64,000 nucleotides of DNA. Origin: Oopsacas minuta (lineage: Eukaryota > Animalia > Porifera). The notes below the pieces were generated by a model. The model was given only the letters and a program-made list of their open reading frames with translations. It did no database searches and was not told the origin of the DNA. Made by a program: the position numbers and the translations under genes. The stretch covers positions 346,181 through 410,180 of the forward strand of contig JAKMXF010000312.1 in assembly GCA_024704765.1 (NCBI GenBank), written 5' to 3'. Shown here piece after piece: positions 40,899 through 53,513 of the stretch; the first letter of the stretch is position 1; the number at the start of each line of letters is the position of its first letter.

Positions 40899-41864
40899 TT
40901 AGTTAATGGGATCTAATGGTCTGTTAAAGCCACCTCGACGGTTCATATACTGTCTGTATCTGCGCTTTTTCACAATACGTACTTCAGATTCCATTTTACC
41001 AAGATATTGGTCTGTTTTCTTCTCACCTTTTGTGCTGTGAAATTCCGCGAATCCCATTACTCGCATCATCTCGGTTTCCTCCGAATTATCTAGATCACTT
41101 GAATTATTGTCATAATCTCGTTTCTTTTCGCGTTTGTAAGCTCTTTTGAGTTCTAATTTATAATCTAAAAATAGAAATTATGTAAGTTCTATCAATTTGA
41201 AGGATCCCTGGTCCAATGAGTACAAACATATGTATATTTTCACAACTTTGATTATATTATTGTTGCTACTAAAGTTCTAGAATATTATTTGAGATTAGCT
41301 ATCTAGCTTATACGTATGCTAATCGATAGAATTATCAATTCATTTGCTTAGAATAGTTATTCAACATAGTTGTATAGTTAATATACACATACGTCATGCT
41401 ATACTACCTGAATAATCCTTCTTGTAAGATGATAAAGATCTCTTCTTATCTAAGCTAATTTTCTTTATAGTTCTCTCTATCTCCTCAAGCTTTGGAGACC
41501 TGCTTCTGCTACGTGTATGCTTCTTTCTATCATAATATGATGACATATCGTCTCTATTGGAATATACGTACAGTCAATTCCCGTTAAATCAAAGCTCAAG
41601 GGACCGCGAAGGTTACTTCGATATAACCGATGACATATATGTTACTTTGACGGTTTGGGACTATATTTGTATAATTAGCGGGTATTTCAATACAACGGGA
41701 ATTGACTGTACAGTATCTTACCTGTGTTCCTTAGAATGAGTATGAGACTTGTGTCTTCGTTTAGGACTGTGTGCATGTGTGTGTGTATCTCTCTTATGTC
41801 TGTAAGATCTGTGAGGAGATCTGCTCCTACTACGAGTATGAGATCTAGATCTGCTTCTTCTCAT
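40899..41864 (-). CDS. SNRNP27: U4/U6.U5 tri-snRNP 27 kDa protein (RS-rich N-terminus + DUF1777)
   Basis: Not in the ORF track. join(41864-41722,41553-41408,~41164-40899): [17 protein letters not shown]...[16 protein letters not shown]...[23 protein letters not shown]. Confidence 0.92.
41569..41710. mobile_element. MITE family M2, full copy in SNRNP27 intron 1
   Basis: tacagtcaattcccgtt ... aacgggaattgactgta; perfect terminal inverted repeat flanked by TA. Confidence 0.88.
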
Positions 41865-41940
41865 CTATTGCTACTATACGCTACTATTAAACCTCTGGAG
41901 ACGGAATGAAAATAAATAGAGCGAACTCCTAGTCCATAGA

Positions 41941-42008
41941 AATGAACCTCCACAAACGGGGTAGCATTTTCGGCGTCCCTGACACCTCGTTGTAGAGGTT
42001 ACACTGTA
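41941..42008. mobile_element. MITE family M1 partial copy upstream of SNRNP27
   Basis: aacctccacaaacggggtagcattttcggcgtccctgacacctcgttgtagaggttacactgta. Confidence 0.75.
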
Positions 42009-42178
42009 TAACAATCCTGGATTCATGGACCAGTGCTGTTAAAAAATAAATAGAGTTTAAGCAAAATAAAAAGTGTTTATTGTTTAAGAATGATAAATAA
42101 ATAAGCAAGAGAAGAGAATTATAAAGCCTATTAGTAAATTGTTAGTAGTAAAAACTAAAAACAGTGTGAAATTTCGCG

Positions 42179-45083
42179 TTACACCAGCCCAGCAATGTTC
42201 TTCTTATCTTTACGTAACATTCTCAGAGATACGTTGCTATCTACTCCAGCTACATCAGGCTGTAATGGACCTACACTGATACTACGGGTTAATGTAGGAT
42301 CCTTCTTAGCTCTGAGGAGAACTTCTTTACTTACTCGCTTCTCTATTTCTGCTGTGTCTATTAGATAGCCTTCTTTAGAAGCGTCAGTAGACCTGTAAGT
42401 TATATTAATTCAGAGTTATAAGAAACAGGTATATACTGTATGTGAAAGTATAAAGGAATACCTTAATAGAGGCGGTTTAGCGAGTAGAATAGCTTCATCC
42501 CATTGATGCCAGGTCTTCTTACCTGGAACTATCTCTTCTGATAATCTGAGTCTTATCAGAGTGCTAGCTGGTGTATCAGCTGTTAGTTTGTCTAGATCCT
42601 CGCTTATGTGTTGGAGGGTAGGACGTTCTGAGGGGGTCTACAGGGTGTGTGGTAACATCATACTTAACATATTCAAGCTTTTATATGTCAAATATTTACC
42701 TGATTGAGTCCATCAGTAATTACAGCAAACAGCTTCTCAGCTACATTAGGAGGTTGTGTAACTTTCAATTTCTTAACCTGAGATAGTCTAGCTACATATT
42801 CTACTCCTGTACCTCCTACTGTAGCTATACTCAGAAGTAGAAGAGATAGAGAGTATACGTCACTCTTGTTAGAGTGTGGACTACCATTGAGTACTTCTGG
42901 AGCACCGTAATAGAGCTTCTCTTGGTTAGATCCTGCTTGTTCTCCCTCAGGAGAGAAGCCTGATATCTATACGGGGTTCTAAGTTATAACTATTGGAAAT
43001 GGTCTTTCCTATATTGTTAGCAGATATTTAACCATGGATGGTGGATTTCGTATATTAAGATACTGCGTAACCTCCACAAACGAGATGCCAGAGACGCCGA
43101 AAAATGGCAACACTCAAGCAGATCAACTAAATCTACCATCCATGGTTACATATCTAATAAGCAAATAGAACGATACTAACCTTAACTACAAATGCTTTAC
43201 GTTGTTCCTGAAATAGAACCTTACTAGTAGACAAGCTCCTGTGTAGAATACGTTTCTGTTCTAAGTACTTCATACCCTGCGACACATGACAGCAAATTGT
43301 CACTAGATCATCACTAACACGGGGTGCATACTTATCAGCCCATAGGTTAGTGAGAAGAGATAGGTACCAATGAGGGACAGGACCTTTACGTAGCTGAGAC
43401 AGGAAGTTGGTTAGATTTCCTGCATTCATATCTTCATATACTATACAGTAGGGAACACGCTTGCTTATGAAGCCTAGCACTTGTACGAAATTGTTATTCT
43501 TGCTGAGCATTGAAGTGATCTGTTTACGATTTTCTAGATAGAATTACACTGTTGTAATACATACGGGAATATTACGAAAATTTGCTCTAAATATTTGTAT
43601 CATTATCAATACTCACCTATTCTTAACATTACATCTCTCTCTACATCAGCTCTCTTATCTCCCCATTCACCTTCAAACCTCTTAACTACTACATTATCTT
43701 CATCTAGTTTAGCTTGATAGAATCTACCGTAACTGCCTTCAGCTATTTTAGCTCCGAAGTTTAGTCTCTTGTAGTTAATCTCTAGACTACGTCTGAATAG
43801 AGGACCTGATCTAAGGATAGGACTGGAGTGGGAAATAGAACTAATGTGAGGTCTTCTTCTTAGCAGACAGAATACCGCCAGGCCAGACAATGCGATACAA
43901 ACCGCGAAAATAGATATGAATAAGATTACTCCTAGAAAATAGGCGATAAATACAGTCAAATATATATATATATATATATATCGAAACACCCGCTTATATG
44001 GAAGTCTGTAATTGTACAATTATGGTCCTAAACCGTCAAAGTAACATATATATCATCAGTTATATCAAAGTAATTATCACGGTCCCTTGAGCTTTTGTAT
44101 AACGGGAGTTGACAATACAGTGGATGACGGATATATGCACCAACAGTTCTCATATATTCCTGTATATTATGCCGGTTATCAGAACATGTATTGCTACTGC
44201 TAATTGGGTTCTTACAACCGATATCCACTGTAGAAAATTACTACAAATAAACCATGGATAACTAACCTATAGGAATAACAACAATAGCATATACAGGCAA
44301 AACTGTAGGAACAGTAGTTTCCATAGTAGGAGGAGGTATAACAGTGAGATTAGCTATCATAAGGGTTACTACAGGGTAACCAGGTAGAGGGAGATAGCCT
44401 TTACAGATGTACTGAGCTTCTATTGGATTTATTTGCAATAGTAATCTACCATCAAAGAAACTGTTATGATACGAATCATTGGTTACAGCTAGTTCATTCC
44501 TAAACCAATGAGTTATAACAGTGAAACCAGGAATACCAATAAACTCTGCTTGAGACGGGCAATGAAATGTGTGTACACGTCCCTCTGTAAGCACGTAGCT
44601 AGTCTCTACAGGGTATATACTGTCATTCGAAAGGAATTGTTGCATTATTTGTGTAGCTTGATTGTACGGATCCTCTTCAAGTACTTCTAGCTGAGCTAAC
44701 TCTATGTCTATAGAATTAGCTAGTGTACCTTCATCTCCTTTACATATGTATATGCCAGCATCTGAAGATATGATAGGATCAAACTTTATTACTACTCTTA
44801 TCTCTGGTTCTAAGATCTCAACCTGTACAGATATAGGAAAATAACCCCCAGGGCTAATTTGGGCATGCATGCATACATATCAACTCACCATCCCTGTTGT
44901 TATCAAGGGCCCTTCAGGTCTCTGTATAATAAGACCAGGGATTGGTACAGAGGATTGACAGTAGATGTGTTCTGTTATATTTTCATAGAAAATATATGAA
45001 TCCAATCCCACAGGATCTGGTGAGATTATTACATTAGCTCTGTATGTGTATAGAGATATCAGTAGTAATAGTATGCAATGCAT
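42179..45083 (-). CDS. Receptor tyrosine kinase-like pseudokinase with 2 Ig-like domains
   Basis: Exons 45083-44889, 44822-44267, 43931-43617, 43533-43181, 42966-42700, 42637-42462, 42392-42179. Signal MHCILLLLISLYTYRA; Ig motifs DAGIYIC and HWFRNE..AQYIC; TM VILFISIFAVCIALSGLAVFCLL; kinase fold AEGSYG, VVVK, HRSLSTSKV (HRD lost), ISGFS (DFG lost), YGAPE, KSDVYS. Confidence 0.85.
43008..43168. mobile_element. Foldback family M3 with nested M1 fragment (43061-43110)
   Basis: cctatattgttagcagatatttaaccatggatggtggatttcg | tactgcgtaacctccacaaacgag..gacgccgaaaaatg | aaatctaccatccatggttacatatctaataagcaaatag. Confidence 0.75.
43981..44118. mobile_element. MITE family M2 copy next to a (TA)n microsatellite
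   Basis: ggtcctaaaccgtcaaagtaacatatat...ggtcccttgagcttttgtataacgggagttgac; (TA)~10 at 43960-43981. Confidence 0.75.
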
Positions 45084-45120
45084 TTGTAGGCTAGTTTGTT
45101 GATAAAGATAATTGATATTA

Positions 45121-45274
45121 CAAGTGGAAACGGGGAACTTCTGGAAGCTGAATAGAGCGAATTCCCAAACAATTGATACAAATGAACCTCCACAGACGGG
45201 GAATTTGGCGAAACGGAGACAAGAGGTAGCATTTTCGGCATCCCTGACACCACGTTTGTGGAGGTTACACTGTA
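45121..45274. mobile_element. MITE family M1 copy in the ABCA-pseudokinase spacer
   Basis: aacctccacagacgggg...ggtagcattttcggcatccctgacaccacgtttgtggaggttacactgta. Confidence 0.78.
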
Positions 45275-45374
45275 TGCTGGACAAGTTTTGATAAATAAAC
45301 TTATTATTTATGTTAAAAAGACGAAAAATCGCATAAAACTATACAAGAAATGAGCAAAAGAAGCATTAAAATGT

Positions 45375-48300
45375 TCAAACACTCTTCAGAGGATCTGTAA
45401 TAGACAGAAACACATCTTCTAATGTTGTCTGTCCAAGAGAGAAATCTGCTATCAAATCTCCTCGTTTCATTTCTATTAGAACTCTAAGCAGAGAAGGTAG
45501 ACACACGTTTTCCAAATGAAAAGTCAAAAGTGTCAAATGAGACTCTAACGGTTTGACAGCTCGTGACAACTTGTTACTAATCTCTTCTATAACAGCTACA
45601 TTATCATGTGAGAGAGATAAATATACCTTCAAGATATATCCCTCCCCGAATTTAGCCTTCAAATGCTGTGGTGATCCAATACACTGTACTCTCCCCTTAT
45701 GTATTATAGCTATACGAGTGCATAAGGCTTCACATTCAGTCATACTGTGTGTAGTTAAAAGAGAAGATACGCCGGTATTTGTGACGTCACGTAATAGTTC
45801 CCATAAGAACTGTTTAGCATATGGATCTACACCGGAAGTAGGTTCATCTAGAAGCAGGAGATTAGGCTCAGATATCAATGCTATTCCTGTTTGAAGCTTC
45901 CTTCTGTTACCGCCTGAGTATTTAGCTGATGGTGTATTAGCGTATTCTTTGAGTTGTAATCTCCTGATAGTGCTGTCTACTGCATTTTTTAACGCGTTGC
46001 CATGGATACCCCTGAGACGTCCGAATAGATATAAATGCTCTCTACCTGTGAGACGATCGAATAAGGAATCGAACTGCGGACAATAACTCATATTTCTATT
46101 TGCTTCCTGTCTGCATTTTGTGACGTCAACACCCTTTACATATATCTTACCGCTACTGAGGGCGCGTATACCTGTAATGCTATCGAATATTGTTGTTTTA
46201 CCGGCACCATTTAGGCCAAGCAAGCCGAAACATTCATTCTTAACTGCAAACGTGACGTTATCTACTGCTGTGAATTTCCGCAGTTTCTTAATAGTGACGT
46301 AGTTCTTTGTTATATTGTGTAGAGATATGGTATTTTCTGAGGTGTTAGAATTCGCGAGTACACGCTCTCTCTCCTCTTCAACATCAGAATCACATACGAT
46401 GTCACGTGGATAGTTCTCATTACAATTGTGTGTGTACTTTGATCGAAAATTTGAGAAGAAAGTTACAGAAATCGTTAATACGAAAACTAATATAAACTCT
46501 ACGTATATTATCAGCAAACATTTCCCTATAGGATCCCATTGGAAAGGATCAGATTTTTGCAGTCCAATAGAAAATCCAACTTCCGCTTGTTCTAGCTCGT
46601 AATAATATGTAGTAATGAGGTGATATAGTATGTACGGGAATGAGAATTGTGGTATGAATACGAACGTGTTTTTAAGCGCAATACTGAAGTTCTTAGAACT
46701 GCTATTATTAGTAATGTCTAATGAGAATATTATTACAAGAGTCATAAGTCCGAATACAAATGTACAGCAAGCCATGACTACATATGCTAGACTTGGGCTC
46801 TTGAATGGACGAGATAATAATTGCAAGGAAGATATGCTGGTTAAGCCAAATCCTAACGCAGCTAATAGGAAAGTAGTTATATGCGTCTTGGATACGAATG
46901 GGTAGTATTGGAATGCACCCATTATAACCATAGACAGCAGCACAGCGACACAATACGTTATGACGTCATAGATAAAGGATACGATCCAGTATACAACTTG
47001 ACTTAACCCAGATAACTCCTGGAGATATCGTGTACCTGATACTTTCTCTTCTAATACGAATACCACTGAGAATGCTACGAGGAATGAAAACCCAAAAAAC
47101 ATCATGAATGATACGAGCATTGGTTTCCCACTTGTTATTTCTGCATAGACCCTCTGGAAGGGGGTCAGAGGCCAGATTTCAGAGTTACCGATTATTCCGT
47201 AACTTGTGAAATTCCGCGAATATCCGAGGTTATCTCTCAATTCACGTCTAAGTATTGCATTGTTCATAACATTAAGTGATGACGTAATAGCTCTAAATCC
47301 CTTGAAAGTGAACCAAGCTTTAGAATAATTCCTAACTCCAAACATATCATTATAATCTGTAGTATTGAATACTGGTATATCTTTCCTGACGTCACCAAAT
47401 GATACACCTTGATAGCGATTCAGTATAAACCTATCAAATGACCTTATAAGGTAATCTGTAACGTTACGGCCTCTTAAATCCTGTAGAGTACTTCCATCAC
47501 CTTGTGACACCATTTCTAATGGATCGGGACCGGAAGCATGGGGAGGGCATGACAACCACCCTGTGTTACAGTTACATGACGTATTATAGGGTGTAGTTTG
47601 GTTCTGTTTAGGAATACTCCATACAGTAGGGCAATAGCTACACTGTATAGAGTTATGTATAATAGATTTGTTATTACGTACACATGGTTGATCAGATACA
47701 ACTCCCAGACCTCCAGGACATGTTATAGTAGATAGATAGCTATCAGCTGATGACTGAACAGCTGGAGAGGATAGGAAGAAGTACTGGGGACTAGACAGAG
47801 ATAAATACATACCAGGGTGATACCTTATTACATCCGGTACCCCACTGACTGTGTATACTACTGTAAGAATCATAGCTAGGAGGATAGCACATAGGAATGG
47901 TATGTATTGGAGCAGTAACCCTCTGACGTCACGGCGTGTGTGATGTATTCTCTTCAGGAATAACGCATAGCTATGTAACAGTAGAAGTTTAAGCTTATTG
48001 ATAAATGAATTGGGTTTAATACGCGTTACTGGCTTGTATGTGTTATCTATAATGACGTCATCATCATGGTCGACTGTGTATCTTAATTCTGTTAGCATTA
48101 AGAACAGCTGTTCTAAGCTCGGAGCTGATAATCCATAGGATAATATGTGTAGTCTATCTCTATTAGATTCTAGCTTGTGTAGAATATCAGGGAGGTTGTA
48201 TCTACTGCTGGTTACACAGGCGTTTGATAGAGGGAATCGTAGCTCTTCTACTGTCTCTTTGACACCATTTATATCTCCGAGTATTTTGTATAACTCCTGT

Positions 48301-51300
48301 CTATGTGTGACGTCATCAAATGTATGTTTCTTCTCTACAGTAAGCAAGTAGTTCAGACCGAAATTAGCCTTTAAGAATGGTACAGCTCCTATACAGAGGA
48401 TATGTCCGTGATCAATCATAGCTATTCTATCTCCGAGTACTTCAGCTTCTTCCATTTGGTGTGTGGATAACAGAATACATCTATTTTGTCGTTCTGATAG
48501 CAAGAAGTCCCATATATGACGTCTGGAAGCTGGATCTACTCCGGCAGTAGGTTCATCTAGGATAACTAGCTTGGGAGAACCAAGGAAGGCCAAAGAGACG
48601 CTGAGCTTCCTTGCCATACCCCCGGATAGATTAACCACACATTTATTCATATGAGGTAACAGCGCCATACATTCCAATAGCCTATTAGAATCACTAGCTA
48701 TCTGGCTAGATGTTAAGCCTCTTAAAGCCCCGTAGAAGTTCATATGTTGCTTAACAGTTAAGTGTGGGAATAGTATATTATGCTGTGGACAGAGTCCTAT
48801 ACTATCTCTACCGTGAGTTATACGGATACTACCAGATGTCTGTTTGTTTATTCCTGATAATATCATCATTAAGCTCGTCTTACCAGCACCGTTATGACCC
48901 AATAACACTGTAATATGACCTTCATACAGATTTAATGATATAGAGTGTAGTGCTACTTTCTTCTTTAAGCCTAGCGCCCCCCATGAGTATACCTTACCCA
49001 GTTGATTGATGGACACACCCTTTGTAAGATGGGTGGGGTCTCTCTCTCTAGCTAGAGGTTCCCAAACTCTAGGGACACTAGCCCGATCGAATGTAACCTC
49101 CTCCATAAGAAGCTCATCACTATCTCCACTTATTTCCTCGTATTCTTTGTTTCTACGTAAATTCTGTACTATTCTAGCCCACCTGTCTTCTCCTAGCCAA
49201 AATGATGGAGTTATCAAGAAGTACCATGGATGTCTACGACCGTAACTCCCAGGCAGTATAGCTTGTATATACAGAGCTAATACAGTGTATAATATAGCGT
49301 CTATACACATACATGACCAGCTGATACCTGGGGTAGAGAATCCTTTATCTAACGGAGAAGTAGCTAGATTATTCCAATGTAATCCTACACCTCGTAGCTC
49401 AAATTGTACTGTATGATACACGAATAGACCTAATGCTGTAGGAGCTAACAGCTGGGATAGCACTATTGTAATAGGAGGTACTCTAAACTCTAATATCTGT
49501 ACCAGAATTACTAAGAAATAAAGCAGGAAGTATACCAGACCTACAGTACTAGCTGCTACTGTAGCTCTCCTGAATGGTAAGCTTAAGAGAATACCTAATG
49601 GTAATAGAGCTAGGTTGTAGCTGAGCTGAGCTAGCAGTAGGATAAGGAACGATGAATACGTTAGAACTAGCTTAAGTATTGCTATAGATAGCAAGGAAGG
49701 AATAGCTAGTAGTATATAGTATACAGCTAGCCAGCTAGCCCAGTGTTCTAATACACCTACTCCTAGTACAGACATGACGTCACGTAATCGCTTCTCCCGC
49801 TCTTGTACTATTGCTCTAGCCAGTAAGGATATTGTTAGAACACTCCCCGCTGTTAGAATAAGTGGGATAGTTATCTGACCGATTAGCAGATTACTGTTGA
49901 AAAGGAAGCAAGGATAGGGAAATGGTTGTAGGTATCCAGCTGGTATATGTGCTGTACTGTTCGTGTATGTGTTAATAAGCGCACGTTCTACAAGATCTTG
50001 TATGAACACATACCCGTATTTGAGATCATTAAGGTCGTAGTCTGAATTCTCAGGACCTGGTTTCCATGATATATCTCTTAGAAGATAAGAACCCATTGAT
50101 GTAGTGAAATTCATTCTTATCTTATAAGAGCTCTGAGGAGGTAGTGTTGTAGCATTAGTAATGTTCTAGAAATATATAATACAGTGTAACAAATGGGGAA
50201 TACAATACAGCTAGAATGGTTATCACTTATAAGAACACACCAGATATAAGAACATATTCCTGTATATTTATATCGGATATAAGAATATGTTTGCTACTCA
50301 TAAGGGTGTTCTTATAAGCGATAAACATAGTCTTTTGCACTGAAAATATGTAACTAACTTGAAATATAATCCCAGCTAATACATATGTAATATTGAGCTC
50401 TCTCTTCCTCTGTGAACTAGTAACAACATCTAGTATACTCTGTTCTGTAGGATAACCTCTAAAGAAATCCCAATTAACTCTAAACACAGCATTAGATAAT
50501 GTATATCTGGTGTATAGCTCCACTGCCTGTGTGTAGCTCCATAGACTGTCTGGACTGTTAATATCTAGTAGAGAGGATGCTTGATTAAGCTGTGAGGATG
50601 ATGGGAGGTTAGGTATAGGATTGACATTCTGTAGCTTAGCCAAGTATCTAGATACAGTGGATACCGGTTATAAGAACCTCATCAGGAGTAGCAGTACATG
50701 TTCTTATAACCGGCATATAATACACAAGGAATATATGAGAACTGTTTCCGAGGATGGTGCTCATATCGGTCGAAGCTCAAGGTACCGCTATTACTTTGAT
50801 ATAAGCGGGTATTTTGATGTGTTCGTGTTAGATATAATGGGAGTTAACTGTACCTTAAATCATTAACTAGAAGCTGCTTAGGATCCGCTATAGAGAAATT
50901 ATATAGAAGAGATCGTAATTGATAATTCTCATCTCTTATCTTGTTAAGAGAGTCCCTAGCTCTGTCTATTAATTCAAATGTGTGATTCATTTCATGTGCT
51001 ATTGATCTGGTTAGTGGAGTATCAGGCGAGAATAATATTCTCACTCCATTCTCTAGCAAACCTAGTATAAAGCCATCATTAATAAGACGTCATATGACAT
51101 CATTTACAGTGTAACCTCCATCAACGGGGTGCCAGGAACGCCGAAAATACTACCTCGTTTCCCTGTTTGTGGAGATTCGTTTGTATGGTATTTCGCTTTA
51201 TTTATACGTCACTCCGTTTCCATGTGTTCCCGGTTTCCACAGACCCGTTTATGGAGGTTACACTATATACCTTGTGTAGTATTGTTATCGCTATTATTCT

Positions 51301-52258
51301 GGAATGCTGGTCCTAAGATAAGACCCAGAAATCTGTATATATACTCATTCTGTGATCTAGTTAAGTTAGATCCACACAGGTATTTGTCTGGGTTTTCAGA
51401 TAATTTGTATAACTCCTGAGATAGCTGTAGATATGTTAAGAAATCCTGCTGTATAGATAACAAGCTAGTGATTGAGTTGTTAGAGTTTGTTATTGTAGCA
51501 AGCATGTATAGGATAAGTATTTGGTTTCTATCTAGTGTAGAGACGTCTATATCTAAAGGATAATTGCAGATAATAATGACACTATTCATACGGCAGTTAA
51601 ACTTGATGCGAGCGGTGGAGCTGAAACAATATTTCAACTAACATAGGTACCTTTATGGTGTATAGGATCTGTACATATAGCTGGATTCAATCCTAGCTGA
51701 ACTATCAGCTGTTTATTGTATTTACATAACATTGCTATACGTTGTAGTAATAATGTATTGTCTGTGTGTGTTAGCTCATCTGTTATGTTAGCTGTTGTAA
51801 GTGATGCTAGAGAGGATAGGGAAGATTGAAATTTAGAGTCTCTTAGATCATCTGATAGTGATGTCTGTATTAGAATAATAAAAATATATTTAACAGGCAA
51901 TAATCTTATTCAAATTATAAGGAAATTGGTATACCTTTTGAATGAGTTCGTATAACGTATATACTTCAGAGTGTTTAAAATTGGGCAATCCATCAAGTCC
52001 ATTAGTCCAGGTATCTGTTAGGTCACAGTACATAGTCTGTAGAAATGGTATAAGCCCTGCGGATGGTAACGCCTTAGCAGCTGTCTGTGTAGTAGCGTGA
52101 GATTCCGGTGGTAACACCAAGGATAATAAGAATAGAATTATACATAGGATTACTGGGAATGATACTTCAAAGAGTGTAGATTTCCAATTTCGAATTTTCC
52201 AGAGAAGATTCTTCTTGAAGAGTAGAAGGAAGCGTTTCAGTATGTTAGGTTGTGACAT
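45375..52258 (-). CDS. ABC transporter subfamily A, full transporter (ABCA1/4/7-like)
   Basis: N-terminal LLFKKNLLWKIRN..TLFEV, PSAGLIPFLQT; YKIRM, YGYVFIQDLVERA; NBD1 GHNGAGKT/LSGGMARKL/LDEPTAGVDP; NBD2 GLNGAGKT/YSGGNRRKL/LDEPTSGVDP. Terminal exon of ~4.8 kb (50165-45375). Confidence 0.95.
50222..50323. mobile_element. MITE family M4 copy in ABCA intron
   Basis: cacttataagaacacaccagatataagaacata...tttgctactcataagggtgttcttataagcgata. Confidence 0.7.
50653..50852. mobile_element. M4 MITE fused to an M2 right half in ABCA intron
   Basis: tacagtggataccggttataagaac...gttcttataaccggc, then gaagctcaaggtacc...gatataatgggagttaactgta. Confidence 0.7.
51105..51267. mobile_element. MITE family M1, full copy with both TIRs, in ABCA intron
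   Basis: ta|cagtgtaacctccatcaacggg ... cccgtttatggaggttacacta|ta. Confidence 0.88.
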
Positions 52259-52714
52259 GACTCATGGTAACATTCCCTAACAACTATATATATATAATCA
52301 CTGTACTATCTGCATATTGATTGTACTGGTTTATGCAATCAATCAGATTATCAGCTGATTAGACATAATAGCGATTTTATAGATTTTGTAAATTCCTATC
52401 GAGGAAGACAATCTGACTGTACTTTAATCATTTTAACAGATAATAGATAAAACGATAATTCACAAGCAGAACGATTACTTCATAAACTTTTGTAAAGCCA
52501 ACAAGATTCATAAATTTCAAAAGTGTTACAATAAAATGATCAAAATTTGAGACAAAAGAGTGAGAATTTTAACTAATAAATATCATCATTGCAAAGAATT
52601 GAGTAACTTCTAAGCAATAAATGATACATTGAAATCTCAAACGGGGCCTTTACCCTGGATTTGAGAATCCTGGCTCCGGATCTGCCAGATCCTCGGAGCG
52701 AATTCCTAGTCCCA

Positions 52715-52791
52715 TACAAATGACCCTACACAAATGGGGAGATGGGTAGCATTTTGGCGTCCCTAGAACCCCGTTTGTGGATGTCACACTA
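52715..52791. mobile_element. MITE family M1 degenerate copy
   Basis: ggtagcattttggcgtccct..ccccgtttgtggatgtcacacta. Confidence 0.65.
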
Positions 52792-52973
52792 TTTTCTATT
52801 TGCATACTTCACCCTTTTATTAAATATATTTGTATAAGAACAGAAGTTAAATGCTAAATATGCAAACAACGAGAATAATCTTGTTCTGTGTAATGAATTA
52901 ATAAATTGGTTACAGATCCATTAATAAATTCATAGGAATCTATTCTACGATTAAAAAGCCGCGGTTATATGAT

Positions 52974-53513
52974 TCACATAAGGGAACAACAGTTTCCAGT
53001 CTTATCAAGCTTCATTTGGTTGATAACCTTAACTACATCCAGGAATACGTTGGTAACGTTAACTCTCGTCTTTGCCGAGGATTCATAGAACGGACAAACC
53101 CATTCAGCGGCTAGATAGGCCGCGTCTCGCTGTGTTACTACTCGCTCTGTAATCATATCGCATTTGTTGCCTACTAATACAAGCGCGGAGTTCCTAGGGC
53201 CTTTTAGCTGGAAGATCTTCTCTCTCAGAGGCTGGATATCTACGAATGACTGTGCGTTTGTTATTGAGTATACAAGTACAAAGCCCTGTCCGTTCTTAAT
53301 ATAAAGATCTCTCATTGAAGCGAACTGCTCGGTCCCTGCTGTGTCCAATATCTCTATCACACACGGAGAGTTGTCTAATTCTATTTCTTTACGGTAAAAG
53401 TCCTCAATCGTTGGGTCGTATGTCTCTAAGAATGTGCCTGATACGAATTGTACCGTGAGACAGCTCTTGCCTACTCCCCCACTACCCATCACTACAACTT
53501 TATATTCCTTCAT
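52974..53513 (-). CDS. RAP2: Rap2 small GTPase (CaaX = CSLM, preceded by an extra Cys)
   Basis: Intronless; [44 protein letters not shown] is the Rap2 signature. Confidence 0.9.
   Translation of the reverse strand: MKEYKVVVMGSGGVGKSCLTVQFVSGTFLETYDPTIEDFYRKEIELDNSPCVIEILDTAGTEQFASMRDLYIKNGQGFVLVYSITNAQSFVDIQPLREKIFQLKGPRNSALVLVGNKCDMITERVVTQRDAAYLAAEWVCPFYESSAKTRVNVTNVFLDVVKVINQMKLDKTGNCCSLM

Noticed and set aside
41557-44228. Small ORFs sharing the peptide [14 protein letters not shown] (41557, 44028; similar at 50621 and in the N-termini of the 22568 and 57627 ORFs)
   Set aside because: These are translations of M2 MITE copies, not a protein family.
44880-51419. ORFs sharing FPVCG(G/D)SFV (44880-45284 N-terminus, 51129-51419)
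   Set aside because: Derived from M1 MITE sequence.
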